From Neovahlkampfia damariscottae (taxonomy: Eukaryota): a stretch of 44,621 nucleotides of DNA. The translations under genes and the position numbers were made by a program. The DNA lies in assembly GCA_016618085.1 (NCBI GenBank), contig JABLTG010000157.1, positions 1-44,621 of the forward strand, in the 5' to 3' direction. Positions within the stretch are counted from its first letter, which is position 1, and every line of letters starts with the position of its first letter. Below the pieces are notes generated by a model. It had not been told where the DNA came from, searched no databases, and was given only the letters and a program-made list of their open reading frames with translations. Positions 1 to 11,148 of the stretch are shown in pieces.

Positions 1-2
1 CA

Positions 3-755
3 AAATTATATGTTGTTGGAAATATTTATGCAACTGGAAACATTAGCCAAACTAATGCAATTATAACGAATACAACAAATCAATTAATATTGGGAACAAC
101 AAATACAGTCACCATAACAAGCCCAGCACCATCAGCAAGTAGAATATATACAATTCCAGATGTTGGTGGCAATGCATCATTTTTAATGAGTGGTGGAACA
201 ATTACAACATCATCAGTCTCCAATACAAGTGATTTAACAATTCAATCAACTGGAGGATACACAAATATTTTATCAAACAATAATGGTGGTTTAATAATAA
301 AATCAAGTGATGACGAGGATTATTCATTAAGAATTACAAATAATACAGATACTCACGGTATTGGTTTTAGAGTTTATGATGACACTTTTAATAGTGAAAT
401 GAGAACTATAATATCAGGTATCACCAATACAGGAACAACAATATCGGGAACACATAGTTTGTGGTTATGTCCATATGATACTACGGATAAAATCATTTGT
501 GGTAATTTAAAGGAATCAGATTTTACGGTTGGTTCAATGAAATTGGGAGTTGAAGGACATATAATATGTGATGGTGTTTATACAAATGGAACTTTAAAAA
601 TAGGTGCAACAAATAGAAATTTTAAATTGCTAACTGGAACTACAGATTACACAACGGTATATGATACATCTTCTATTACATTAGAGCAATTGGCGGAAAG
701 AGTGAGAGCATTGCAGTATATTTTAGGAGAACAAGGATTATTAAATAACACGTAA
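3..755 (+). CDS. 5'-truncated viral/phage-type tail- or capsid-fibre-like protein (intronless)
   Basis: The frame is open from base 3 (KLYVVGNIYATGNISQTNAIITNTTNQLILGTTNTVTITSPAPSASRIYTIPDVGGNASF...) to TAA 755. It is Thr/Asn/Gly-rich with beta-strand-like segments (KLYVVGNIYATG, KLGVEGHIICDG). The C-terminus YDTSSITLEQLAERVRALQYILGEQGLL resembles fibre-protein C-termini as I recall them. No introns are seen. Confidence 0.6.
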   Translation, partial: KLYVVGNIYATGNISQTNAIITNTTNQLILGTTNTVTITSPAPSASRIYTIPDVGGNASFLMSGGTITTSSVSNTSDLTIQSTGGYTNILSNNNGGLIIKSSDDEDYSLRITNNTDTHGIGFRVYDDTFNSEMRTIISGITNTGTTISGTHSLWLCPYDTTDKIICGNLKESDFTVGSMKLGVEGHIICDGVYTNGTLKIGATNRNFKLLTGTTDYTTVYDTSSITLEQLAERVRALQYILGEQGLLNNT

Positions 756-770
756 ATATTTTATATCTGG

Positions 771-828
771 GGGATTTGGTCAAAAAAAATGAAAAATCCG
801 CGAAAATGGCCTTTTTTCGTTTCCTTGG
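771..828 (+). repeat. 58-bp dispersed repeat, copy 1
   Basis: gggatttggtcaaaaaaaatgaaaaatccgcgaaaatggccttttttcgtttccttgg matches the reverse complement of 20083-20140 at 53/58, ungapped (counted by hand). Confidence 0.95.
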
Positions 829-934
829 GGGGTGAAAATTAAAAAAAGTTAAATCGCCACCCGGACCTTCTGCATCTACTACTACGTTCTTGTAATTGAA
901 ACTTTATTTTTTCAAATAATTGAGGAATATTTAA

Positions 935-1508
935 AGCTGCTTTAAAACCATCAAGTTTATTATATTCAATCCAACAGAAGAAATCTGTGAAATTAAATCT
1001 TCTGGAGATAATTTTCTGAACGCAAGTCCAGGTTCTCTACAAGTAAAGCTTTTTGATTGCCTTGATGAAGAAAAAACAATATTCTTTCATTTTGATTTTT
1101 CAGTTGCTGAAGATGATTACTATGTTAGTATTGAAGGAGGTGCCATTTCCTCAAAGAAATTAGAAAAATTAATCATTTTGAAAAATTGGATTTTGGAGAA
1201 AAAAAATTTGATAAATCGTACTAAGTTGATAAAAAATTATCTAGTTGCTCAGTTGGGGATGGAAGCAATGTTAAACAATTTGTTGAAAGATTAAAGGAAG
1301 ATGAAGTAATAGTTGCATTTGTCAATGCTTGGACAATTGACGTAGGTAATTTTGTAAATTACAAAAGTTTTGAGGATGCTATTGGAAAGCAACAGAACCA
1401 AAAGGAAATGCCAAAGGAAAAGACAAAAACAAAGGCCAAATCCAACCCCAACCAACAAAAATTAGACACATTCAAGAAGTTCATGGATATAGAACTCAAA
1501 TCTCTTTA
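935..1508 (+). pseudogene. Coding-like fragment lacking a 5' end (possibly a host gene disrupted by the adjacent element)
   Basis: Two overlapping stop-free frames (~935-1294 and ~1245-1508) have protein-like composition and intron-like GT..AG tracts. No upstream ATG/CCAAT is seen before the element boundary. Confidence 0.3.
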
Positions 1509-1904
1509 AATCCACCTTATCCACTATTTATTGTTTTTAATTTTCTGTTTTCAAGTTTTAAATTTCCAAATTAAAATATACAAATCCTTGATTTTATATT
1601 CAGTTTCCAAATTTTGGAAAGTTGTAATTATAGGAGCTTGTTTTTATTGTTTCTTGATTTCCTGAACTCTTTATTTGATTTACGTAGAGAAGGTTGTTTT
1701 TGTTGTTTGTTGTGGTTGAGTACAATTGGTGGTTGGATTTGTACTGGAATTTTTATAGGTTTTCAATTCCAAAATTTGGTCGCTTGAAAAAGTCATTAGG
1801 CAGCTACTACTATTGGATCATTTTCTTTTGTTTGAACTAAATAGTTAAATTGCTTATAAATTCAATTTTCGCTTCGAATTTACCTTTTCTAATAAATAAT
1901 ATTC

Positions 1905-4214
1905 TCAATTCATTTTATTAATTTCCAAATACTTTTTCCAAGTAAATAACAACCATCCATGTATTCTACTAGGTGTATTGTCAATATAAAATTTCAAAAT
2001 TCTTTTTCCACATTCTTTATTCAAATATCTCTCTTTTAAAGATTTTTTTTTTAATGGTGAATTTAATTGAAAATGTAATGATTTGGGAATCACACCAATC
2101 AAAGAATCATCAACTAATAATGATATCTTTGAATTTAATTGCCAATTTTCACAATTTTTTATTTGAATCAATGACAAATCAATCTCAAATTCTTTAATTT
2201 TTTTGAATAAATTTCGTTCAATAAAAATCAATTCTTCCTTCATTGAATTCTCAAAAAATTCAACATTAGAAGAAGGTCCGTGCTTCAAAATTGTAATTTT
2301 TTTCATTTTTTTTAATGAAATCAAATTTTCTTTTTTTTCAATTTTTTCATTTAACTCTTTTGAGAAATCAAAAAAATCGTATAAAATTTTGAATTTTGAA
2401 TTTGATATTTTTGTGAGAAATTCATCAATTAAAGTTATTTTTGGAATTTCATTTGAAGAAATGAATAATAAATAATCTCTACTTGACATTTTTGCTGCCA
2501 TATTTTTTGAAAAACTATTCGAATATTTGAACGATAAACCTGATATTTTCAAATGTTTAAATTTTGATTTCAATTGATAAAAATCATCATTTGACATCGA
2601 ATTCAAAATAATCAATTCAAAATTTCGATTTGTTTGTTGCGAAAATTGATTTAAAATAAAATCAATTTTGAATTGATTTTTAGTGTATAACGATAAAATA
2701 ACAGAAACAGTTGGTTTTTTTTCAATGATATCTTGTGTGAATTTATTTGATTTTAATGTTTGTAAATGATTTTTATGAAAATCAAACCACATTTGATTGA
2801 TTTTTGATATTGAAAAAAATGGAGTTGACATAGGTATTCCATTATCTAAAATTTCTTTCATTTTATCAATTAATGAATTTAGTTCTGGGTTGAATAAAAT
2901 TTTATCTTGTGAATTTTTCATTAATTCAGGTATTGCTCCCGCATTTGATGCAATGAATGGTATTTTATTGTGAATCATTTCGATCACAACTGATGAATAA
3001 GTTTCAATTCTTGATGGAATAACTGCAACTCCTTTACTATTTAATAAGTAATTCATACAAAATTGAGTGTCTTTTCCGATGAAAAATTTATATTCCCATT
3101 TCCATTTTAATGTCTTGATTTTGAAATATTTATCAATTGATTTTGGAATATCTTGTGATTCAAAATTCCCTAAAAATGAGATTTTTTTGATTTTTGATGA
3201 ATACTTTTCTTCCAATGACAGTTCATTCAAAGCATCTAAAAATAGATCAAAACCTTTCACAGCAGAAAATCTACCCATAAAAACTAAATGATCAATATGA
3301 TCAATATGTGATTTTTTTTGTTTTTCTTCATTTATAATAACTTTTGAATTCATGATATTGGGTAGTACTTGTTGATCTTTGGGTATTTTAATTTTCGTTT
3401 TTTTCTTCAACCAATTTAGATAAAATTTGGAAGGAGATATCACTGAATCACTAAATTCAATACTTCTTTCTTCCAAATATTTCATTTTTAAAATGTTGAT
3501 ATCATAAGGTGTTCTTTGTTGAGCAATGTTCACAAACCAAGAAGTTCCATGTAATCCATTGACCAGTAGATTTTTTTTAAATGAAATTTTCAATTTTTTT
3601 GACATCATTGAGTAATAACCTAAACCTAAATAATCATGAAAGTGTATAATATCATATTCTGATTGTCGTTTCTTCAACCATTGGAAGATTTTAAAAGATT
3701 TTTTCATTTCATCATTTCCTAAAGATTTTAGTCATTAAATTGAGATACCTTCGATATTATCCACATTTTTTATGGTAGTAAAGTGGATATTTTCTGTTTG
3801 ATAAATTTCTTTCCATTTTTGAAATTCACATTTTTGATTTTCTGAAGTTTTCACGCAATTTGGATAATTTGAGAAAGCAACAGTAATTTTATAACTATGT
3901 AGTTTTGAAAGGTATGAAGCCAATCTGTAAAAAGATGCTCCTATACCACCATGTTTATCAATACCAGAAAATTCATCGGTAATTATTAAAATTGAATAAG
4001 GTTTTTGAATACATTTACAATCATTTTGGTCTATAATTGACCTTCCTCTGCACTTCAATTTACAAATTTTTTTTTCTTCATGGTGGACTGTATTTTCATC
4101 AGGATTCTGTTTTTTTTTTGTTTGAATTGCAAAAAATAGAGTATATGAAATAAAAATGAAGTAAACAAAAATAAGTGCAAAAATAATGAAAAAGAACAAC
4201 TGTCGTCTCCTCAT
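1905..4214 (-). CDS. Type II membrane glycosyltransferase (GT4/GT-B domain plus degenerate GT2-like C-terminal domain)
   Basis: Starts MRRRQLFF with an N-terminal TM helix. Motifs include GGIGAS, DIIHFHDY, VFMGRFSAVKGFD and PSRIETYSSVVIE...ASNAGAIPE. A 30-nt intron (3719-3748) joins the two ORFs in frame (NIEG|NDEMKK). Confidence 0.85.
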
Positions 4215-4411
4215 GTTCAGTATTTTTTTTGTGGAAATGTGAATCAAAATGATTGGTAGATTAATTTCTCTTTTTTTTTCTTTAGAAATAATCAAAATTT
4301 GGAATTAATTTGTATTAGAATAGAAAGGTAAGAAATAACCTCTAATTCCAATACTTTAATTTGACAATATCAAAATTCTTTTACCAAAAAATTTATTGTG
4401 AAGCAAACAGA

Positions 4412-6136
4412 TTATTGCAATGCTTCAAAATCTGCAGGTTGACTTAAAGAACCATTTAGAGCGACAATAATGAAAAATATAATTACACTAAACAAAATAA
4501 TTGATATAGTTGCAATTAAAGAGATCCAGATAAAAATTTCTAATTGATTCCAAAATGAAGGTTCATCATACTGAAATACCAATTCATTTTTCCACCATTT
4601 TGCGCTTGACTTTTGAATTCTTGTCAAATTATCAAAATCAACATAATGAATACCAAATCTTGCTGAATAACCATCAGTCCATTCAAAATTATCCATTAAA
4701 GACCAAGCCATATAACCTTTGACCGATGATCCATCTTGAATTGATTTGTAAATTTCATTGAGATATGATCTATAATAATTAATTCTATGATCATCTCTGA
4801 GTGCTTTTTCTATTGGGATGAATGGGTCATTGATCTCAGCAACACCATTTTCAGTTATATAAATTGGAGCTCTGTATCTTCGAAATGACCAATTAATGAG
4901 TTTTCTCATACCCCAAGGAACAACATACAACCATTCTGGATATTCTAGTTGTCCAATAAGATTTCCATGAGCGTCGGTTGTATACTGAGTTGTTTGTGTA
5001 TCCTTTTGAAATCCATCTCTGTCTACTGTTTCATTAGTGACATACCTTGATGTGTATGCATTTAATCCTAAGAAATCAGCTGATCCTTTCAACATTTTTT
5101 TTTGTTTATCTGTAAAAGTTGGTAATCTCGAACCAACATTTTTTTTCATTGAATTTGGATAATCACCAAAAAAAATTGGATCAGCAAACCATCCTAATTG
5201 AAACTCTTGAAGCCTTTGAGCAGCTTTTATATCTTCAGAACTTTGTGTTCGTGGTTCATTCCAATCAGAATTTAAAGAAATTCCAATTTGTCCTTGTTGT
5301 GAAGCGAATTCACTTCGAAAAACTGTAACAGCCAAAGCATGAGCATTCAACAGATTATGAGCAGTTTTATATACCTCAACAGGTGAATTTCCTTCTTTAC
5401 ATATATCTCTTTCAGAACCTAATAAAAAAGTTATAAACCTTAACTATCTTTTTACATCTTCCTGGAGCATACACACCAAAGTCATGTCCAAGTACAGCTA
5501 CAACAAATGGTTCATTGAATGTGATCCAATTTTTCACACGGTCTCCAAATAATTGAAAACAAATTTTTGAATATTCAGCAAAATCTGTAACAAATTTTTC
5601 ACTTAGTAAACCTTTATATTCTTTTTGTAAATTATCTGGTAAATCCCAATGATACAAAGTTATAAATGGTATTATATCATTTCTTAATAATTCATCTATC
5701 AAACTGTTGTAAAATTCAACACCTTTGCGGTTGATAGGCATTCGACCTGTTGGTAAAATTCTTGACCAAGATATTGAAAACCTGTAGACTCTATTTTTGT
5801 TTTAGTTTTTTTTTTCTCACTTGAAACCAACATCTTTCATTAATTTTATGTCATCTCTGAAACGATGGTAATGGTCACAAGCGACATCTCCATTATCACC
5901 ATTATAGGTTTTATTTGGTAATTTTGAAAAAGTATCCCATATACTTGGAGCTCTTCCGTCCTCATTCGCAGCTCCTATTGCACAAATTTATCAAAAAAAA
6001 AAAATAAATTTTTACCTTCTATTTGATATGAACTTGTTGCTGTTCCAAATAAAAAGTCCTTTGGAAACTTGGACAAGTCAAAACTATGTACAACTAACAG
6101 CATTGTTGCCAGAAAATAAAAGACTTTCAGCAACAT
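4412..6136 (-). CDS. Glycoside hydrolase family 1 beta-glucosidase with signal peptide and C-terminal TM anchor
   Basis: Motifs [35 protein letters not shown], catalytic TFNEP and ITENG, and WSLMDNFEW. Three short introns, e.g. 5791-5820 and 5419-5455. Confidence 0.95.
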
Positions 6137-6204
6137 GAAAAAATAAAAAAGTGTTTAAAATTAACCAATGATATTCATCGAACATTCCAAATCAAAATAA
6201 AAAT

Positions 6205-7237
6205 TTAATTTTCATCTTCAAAATCATCATTTTGAATAGGTGCAACAAAAAATTGAAAATAGCCAGTATCTTCAAGTTGACTTTTTAGAAAATTAATTTG
6301 AAATGGTTTTTTTACAATAACACTGATAATGGTTGATTATTTCCGATTTGTAAAAGGCAACTATCAGAAACTTTCACAGTTTTTGCTAAAATATTGATAA
6401 TTCTCATTGGATATGCTTCTGCATTTAACATTGAAATTTCTTTGCAAATTTAGATCAAATGTCTCACTTGTTACTGTTATGAATTTCAATTCCATCAATA
6501 TCATCTTCTGAAAGGGTAATTTTTGAATCAGAAATTTGATTTCCGGCTGTCAAGATTTAAAAAAAATGAGATAACTTGTGAAATAGATAAATACTTTCTC
6601 TTCTATTCTATCAATTTTTACAGATAACTTTTCTTCATTTGATTGAATGGTTGATAAAATTTGACCTAAAAGTGAGGATTTCAAAAGAATTTCAAAATCA
6701 AAAGTATTTTCAAAAAGTTCATAATCATCTTGTCATATTAAAAACAGAATTCAGAAGAATACCTGTCCCTGTGATTTCCAATTGTGATGTATTGCATTGA
6801 TATGACCAATTAGGTGGTTTATTTATTTTCTTTAAATCGTCAATTACTATTTGAACTTTATACCATTGACACTTTTGTTTCTGAAAACATCAAGATTAAT
6901 CCATCAGTTTTCTTTAATTTTTTGATTCCTTCAAAGAATAATTTACAATTTAGTCCATAGATTTTTTCATTTTTTGGTTGTTGAGTAATAAAATGGAATC
7001 CAGTATTTCTTTTCAAAGTAAAATCAAATAAGACAGTATTAAGCGCTACAATTTAAATGTATTCAAAATAAACCATCAAAAGATTTGATTTGAAAATTAT
7101 TCTTGGAAATACGAATTGGTACAGAGTCCATGAAATCTTTAACAACCTCTAAAACTCTTTGAAAAGCCATAGGATTTTCAATTCTAAAAATCAATTTATC
7201 AAAAAAAATACCTCACCAAAAGATCAAAGTCTTCCAT
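6205..7237 (-). CDS. Divergent PCNA-family sliding-clamp protein (multi-intron, absent from ORF track)
   Basis: Manual splice: MEDFDLLVRIENPMAFQRVLEVVKDFMDSVPIRISKNNFQIKSFDALNTVLFDFTLKRNTGF...IYGLNCKLFFEGIKKL...PLSVLFQLEDTGYFQFFVAPIQNDDFEDEN*. This matches the PCNA N-terminal pattern and the C-terminal G-x-L-x-(Y/F)-(Y/F)-L-A-P plus acidic tail. About 7 introns of ~28-35 nt. Confidence 0.75.
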
Positions 7238-7293
7238 CGTCGTCTTGAAAAAAAATGATTGGACGAAAAAAATCAAGTCGTTGTCTGAATATT

Positions 7294-8435
7294 TCAATCA
7301 AAGTGAAAAATCAGGTCCATAAATTTTTCATTCATTAGTGGTTTTTTGTCATAAAAATTGAAGTGATAATGATCTTGAATGATTGTTCCTTTCAATTTTT
7401 TTGTCATTAATTCAAAAAGGAAAATATTTCTTTCTCGATCAAATCCACAAGTTTCAAAAACAGTAACAGTTTCAACTCTTCTATTCACTATGCAATCCAT
7501 AAATTTTTGAATTATAAATTTTTTTGTGTTTCCAAAATTGTTGTAATCATCAAAATGATCATTGAAATCAAATTTATCTATACAATCTTCAAAAACGTCA
7601 ATCATTGTGAAAACAAGAAAAATTGGAACATTTTGAAACCACTCACAATTTGCGATGTTCGAAAAATCTTCTAAATCGAATAAAAAGTGATCAAGACTTT
7701 TGTTGTGATCAACTAAATCTTTTCTGAAACTTGCAATGTTTACCACGTGCAAGATCAATTTGGCATCAGGAAATTTACCTTTCCAATCTTGATTCCACTT
7801 TGTTATTCCAGTTCCAAGAAACAAAACCAATTCAAAATCGTCAAAAATATTAAATGTAAAATAACTCACTACTGAAGATCGAACATTCGCATGTAATACA
7901 TCTTCAGTTGAGAAATTGTCAACATTATCTTGGTAAAATGAATATTTTTCAATATTTTCCAGGATTCTATTTTTGTTGTTTAATTATTTAGTGTTACTGA
8001 GGAAATCCATCATGAATTGTCAATTTTGGATTTTTCCAATAATTATCATAATAGATTTTTCTGACTTCTTTATCATTCCAAAAATGTACTAATTTATCTC
8101 TTTCTGAATTTTCAAGATGAACTTTTTTTTCAATGGAGAAACTGGATGTGATTTTTTTGAATTTTGTAATTTCATTTTCAGAAAATTCAAATCGTGGAAA
8201 TAACTCAATGAATAGCATTGTTTCTTCAATTATATTAATTATTATAGTATTCAATAATTTTGATTTGTTGTTTGAAATCTCTTTCTCATTCAAAAATTGA
8301 AATTTAAAATTTTCAAACAAAGTGGTCTTTCCTTTAATTTATTTTTTTTTTTACTTTTCCAGAATTTTTCGTTCCTGAAATAAGCACATCTAAACGTTTT
8401 TTTTCTTTTTTGTGTTTACTATCTTTGTTGCCCAT
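7294..8435 (-). CDS. Degenerate heterotrimeric G-protein alpha-like protein
   Basis: MGNKDSK myristoylation-type start and spliced P-loop VLISGTKNSGK|TT. Also FSTEDVLHANVR and the IANCEWFQNVPIFLVFTMIDVF G4 region. G3 DxxG and G4 NKxD are altered. Confidence 0.75.
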
Positions 8436-8470
8436 TTAATTGAAATTCAATGATTGGATAAAAATGTGTT

Positions 8471-9272
8471 TTATTTTTTTTTTGTTGCACTCAAAATATA
8501 ATTAACTCCTAAATCTGTTGTAAAATCAAAATCTCTTTTTAAAATATCATAATATATTCCAATTGCTTGATTTACTTCAATTCCTTTTTCTTCTAAAATT
8601 AATGTCAAATCTACTGGATCAACAAATTTATTCCAATCATGTGTTCCTTTAGGAACCCAATTTAAAACATATTCTGCAGCTAAGACACCCATTAAATACG
8701 AACGAAATGTTTTGTTCAATGAAGAAATAAATAAAACTCCATCTGGCTTTAACATTTTTATGAGACTTGTTAGAAATAAATCAACATTATCTACGTGCTC
8801 TATAATCTCCAATGATGATATTACATCAAAGTGATTTGAATAATTTTTTGTTAAATCTTCTGCTGTTTCATTCAAATATTCAATGGACAAATTATTTTTT
8901 GAAGAATGAGTCTTTGCCACTTGAATCGATTCATAAGAAGCATCTGATCCAATGACAGAAGCACCTAAATTTGCAAAAGATTCTGAAACAAGTCCGCCTC
9001 CACAACCAATGTCTAGAACTTTCAAATTTTTAAAAGGCTTTGGCTTTTCATATTCAAATTTATAATGATCAGAAAGAGTTCTATTTTTAAATAAATAAGG
9101 ATTATTTTTACTTTCTGATAAATTTCATTCGGTGAGGATTCAGTTCATGCAACGGTTTGAAATTACCTAAAGGATCCCACCATTCTTTGGAAATTTTGGA
9201 AAATTTTTCAACTTCAAGAACATTCTTTGTGTAAAGTCCATTGTTGGTTCGTAGAAATTTGGACACCTTCAT
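8471..9272 (-). CDS. COQ3: Ubiquinone biosynthesis O-methyltransferase (COQ3/UbiG)
   Basis: Motifs EVEKFSKISKEWWDPLGNFKPLHELNPHR, VLDIGCGGGLVSE, SLEIIEHV and AAEYVLNWVPKGTHDW. One intron near 9081-9111. Confidence 0.95.
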
Positions 9273-9511
9273 TTTGAAGTGAAAAAAAATGTGCAAAAAT
9301 ATGATTGGAGAAAAATTCTGAATTTTTCAATAAATTGATCGAAAGTTTCACCCTCATTTCTAAAACAAGTTCATCTTTGTCATTCGAAAAACCCACCAAT
9401 CATCACAATTCACGAACTTATTGAGAAGTTCAACTTCATTGGACGTGAGATGATATAAATAGAATTCAATCAGAAGAGAATACAAAAAAACGAAATACAA
9501 TTGAACTAAAT

Positions 9512-10426
9512 ATGACATTACAGTTGAAACCAGTGAATTATTTTTTCCAATTCATCATAAAAGAAACTAAAAAAACAACCACCACAGAAGAGTTAGTAGC
9601 TGATGATGTATACCTTTTAATCTCATCATTTTTAAACCCAAAAGATTTTATATTATTCTCTTTGACAAATAGACACTTGTATCAACTTTGTTCTTCGGAT
9701 TTTGTTTGGAAAGATATTTTTGAACAATACTCATGTTACCTTCCAAACACAACACCACGAAAATTTGGTGTTTGTACCTACAAAGAACTTTTCATGTTAA
9801 AAACATGGAAATTGTCCACAAAGAACAAATCAAAAGGAATCAAACTCCAAAAGAATTTACGAACAGTTTCAAATTCAAATAAGACAACAATACCAACTCA
9901 AGTGCGCTTAATAACGACTGAAGAAGGTTTATTACACGGAAAACGTTTAATTAGAGTTCGTTTTGATGAAAAAATATATGGATGTTTTGTTGGTATAATA
10001 TCAAAATTGAACATGAATAATGCATTAAAATCAGAAAAAAAAACCTACCATTCACATTTGAGGTACATGCGAGATGGATCTATTGGAGGTGTCCAAAGAA
10101 TATATAATGAAACAATTGACAGAATTAGATATATTGGAGACGAAAAACGTCGGGTGTACTTTTGTTGTGAGAAAAATGATGTTTTGTCAATTTACCTCAA
10201 TATGGATCAATCAAATGTAAAATTTGTTGTGAATGATGATCCAAAATGTATGATTACTGTTTCAAATATTCGAGAGATGAAATTGGGTTCACCAATACAT
10301 TTGATTTTTGGATTGCCTTGTAATCAAAAATTCACGATTTTAGACAATATCAAAAATGATATCAATGATGTACTGGCAGAAGTCAGAACCACTGAATCTT
10401 GTTGCTTCAATAGTGAAAGAATATGA
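9512..10426 (+). CDS. F-box plus SPRY-like domain protein
   Basis: F-box-like VADDVYLLISSFLNPKDFILFSLTNRHLYQLCSSDFVWK followed by SPRY-like elements (CFVGII, NDVLSIYLNMDQSNVKFVVN). Intronless. Confidence 0.7.
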   Translation: MTLQLKPVNYFFQFIIKETKKTTTTEELVADDVYLLISSFLNPKDFILFSLTNRHLYQLCSSDFVWKDIFEQYSCYLPNTTPRKFGVCTYKELFMLKTWKLSTKNKSKGIKLQKNLRTVSNSNKTTIPTQVRLITTEEGLLHGKRLIRVRFDEKIYGCFVGIISKLNMNNALKSEKKTYHSHLRYMRDGSIGGVQRIYNETIDRIRYIGDEKRRVYFCCEKNDVLSIYLNMDQSNVKFVVNDDPKCMITVSNIREMKLGSPIHLIFGLPCNQKFTILDNIKNDINDVLAEVRTTESCCFNSERI

Positions 10427-10474
10427 AATAAAAAAAATTTAACATATTTCTAAAACCATTCACCTACTTTGATG

Positions 10475-11107
10475 TCATTTTAGTTGATTCTTTATATTTA
10501 TCATTTCAATGATATCTTCATCTTCAAAAATTTCCATACCTTTTCTTTCAAATTCCGAATTGAATTTCATAATCATCGCCAAATCCAAAGAATTTATCTC
10601 TGTCAGATGATGTCTCAAAGTTTTTCTGAGTATTTTCTCCACTTTATCAGGTATATTTCTTCGAAAAATAGTTGTTCTTTCAGCTTTGAGTAGTTTAATC
10701 AAATTCTCCAATGATTGATTGTATTTGTAAAAAACATTTTTAGTTTCGCTGAGAATTGAATAAAAATTGACATGTTTTAATTGAACTCCTTCAAAATTTT
10801 GAAACAATACATCTATGTCTTCCATTCTTTTAAAAAAAACTTCTTCATCAAAATCCTCATCCACTTCCATTTGATCAAAGAAAAATATTGAGTTGTAATT
10901 TTTCAAGTTTATATTTCTAATATCTTTTAATTCTAATTTCTTAAACTTTTTTTCATTTCTATTTATTTCAGATTTCTCATTTGTAACAAACAACAACTCT
11001 TTGCAATGAAACGAATTCAAATGTTCATTCAATAAATTAGCGACAATAGGATGTTCATTACCAATCACTATTGATTTGTATGGTTGAAATAATCTCTTTA
11101 TTGACAT
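10475..11107 (-). CDS. Hypothetical protein, possibly degenerate NAD(P)-binding Rossmann (TIP30/HTATIP2-like) fold
   Basis: 210-aa ORF with CCAAT upstream. The family resemblance is weak (SIVIG..., YKYNQSLENLIK...RTTIFR). Confidence 0.5.
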   Translation of the reverse strand: MSIKRLFQPYKSIVIGNEHPIVANLLNEHLNSFHCKELLFVTNEKSEINRNEKKFKKLELKDIRNINLKNYNSIFFFDQMEVDEDFDEEVFFKRMEDIDVLFQNFEGVQLKHVNFYSILSETKNVFYKYNQSLENLIKLLKAERTTIFRRNIPDKVEKILRKTLRHHLTEINSLDLAMIMKFNSEFERKGMEIFEDEDIIEMINIKNQLK

Positions 11108-11148
11108 TAAAGAGGTTCAATAAAAAAATAAACCAATAAAATTACAAT

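Larger units (their letters stand above)
1..883. mobile_element. Probable right end of an integrated viral element (Polinton-like/virophage-like) with putative terminal inverted repeat
   Basis: A fibre-like ORF is followed by a GC-richer non-coding tract (~765-883) ending in tgcatCTACTACT, the reverse complement of an AGTAGTAG terminus. Part of the tract is repeated elsewhere in the window. Confidence 0.45.

Noticed and set aside
1804..1811. Second CTACTACT that could be another element terminus
   Set aside because: The adjacent sequence does not resemble 771-883. On the minus strand it lies between a CCAAT and an ATG (1796), like an ordinary promoter or leader.
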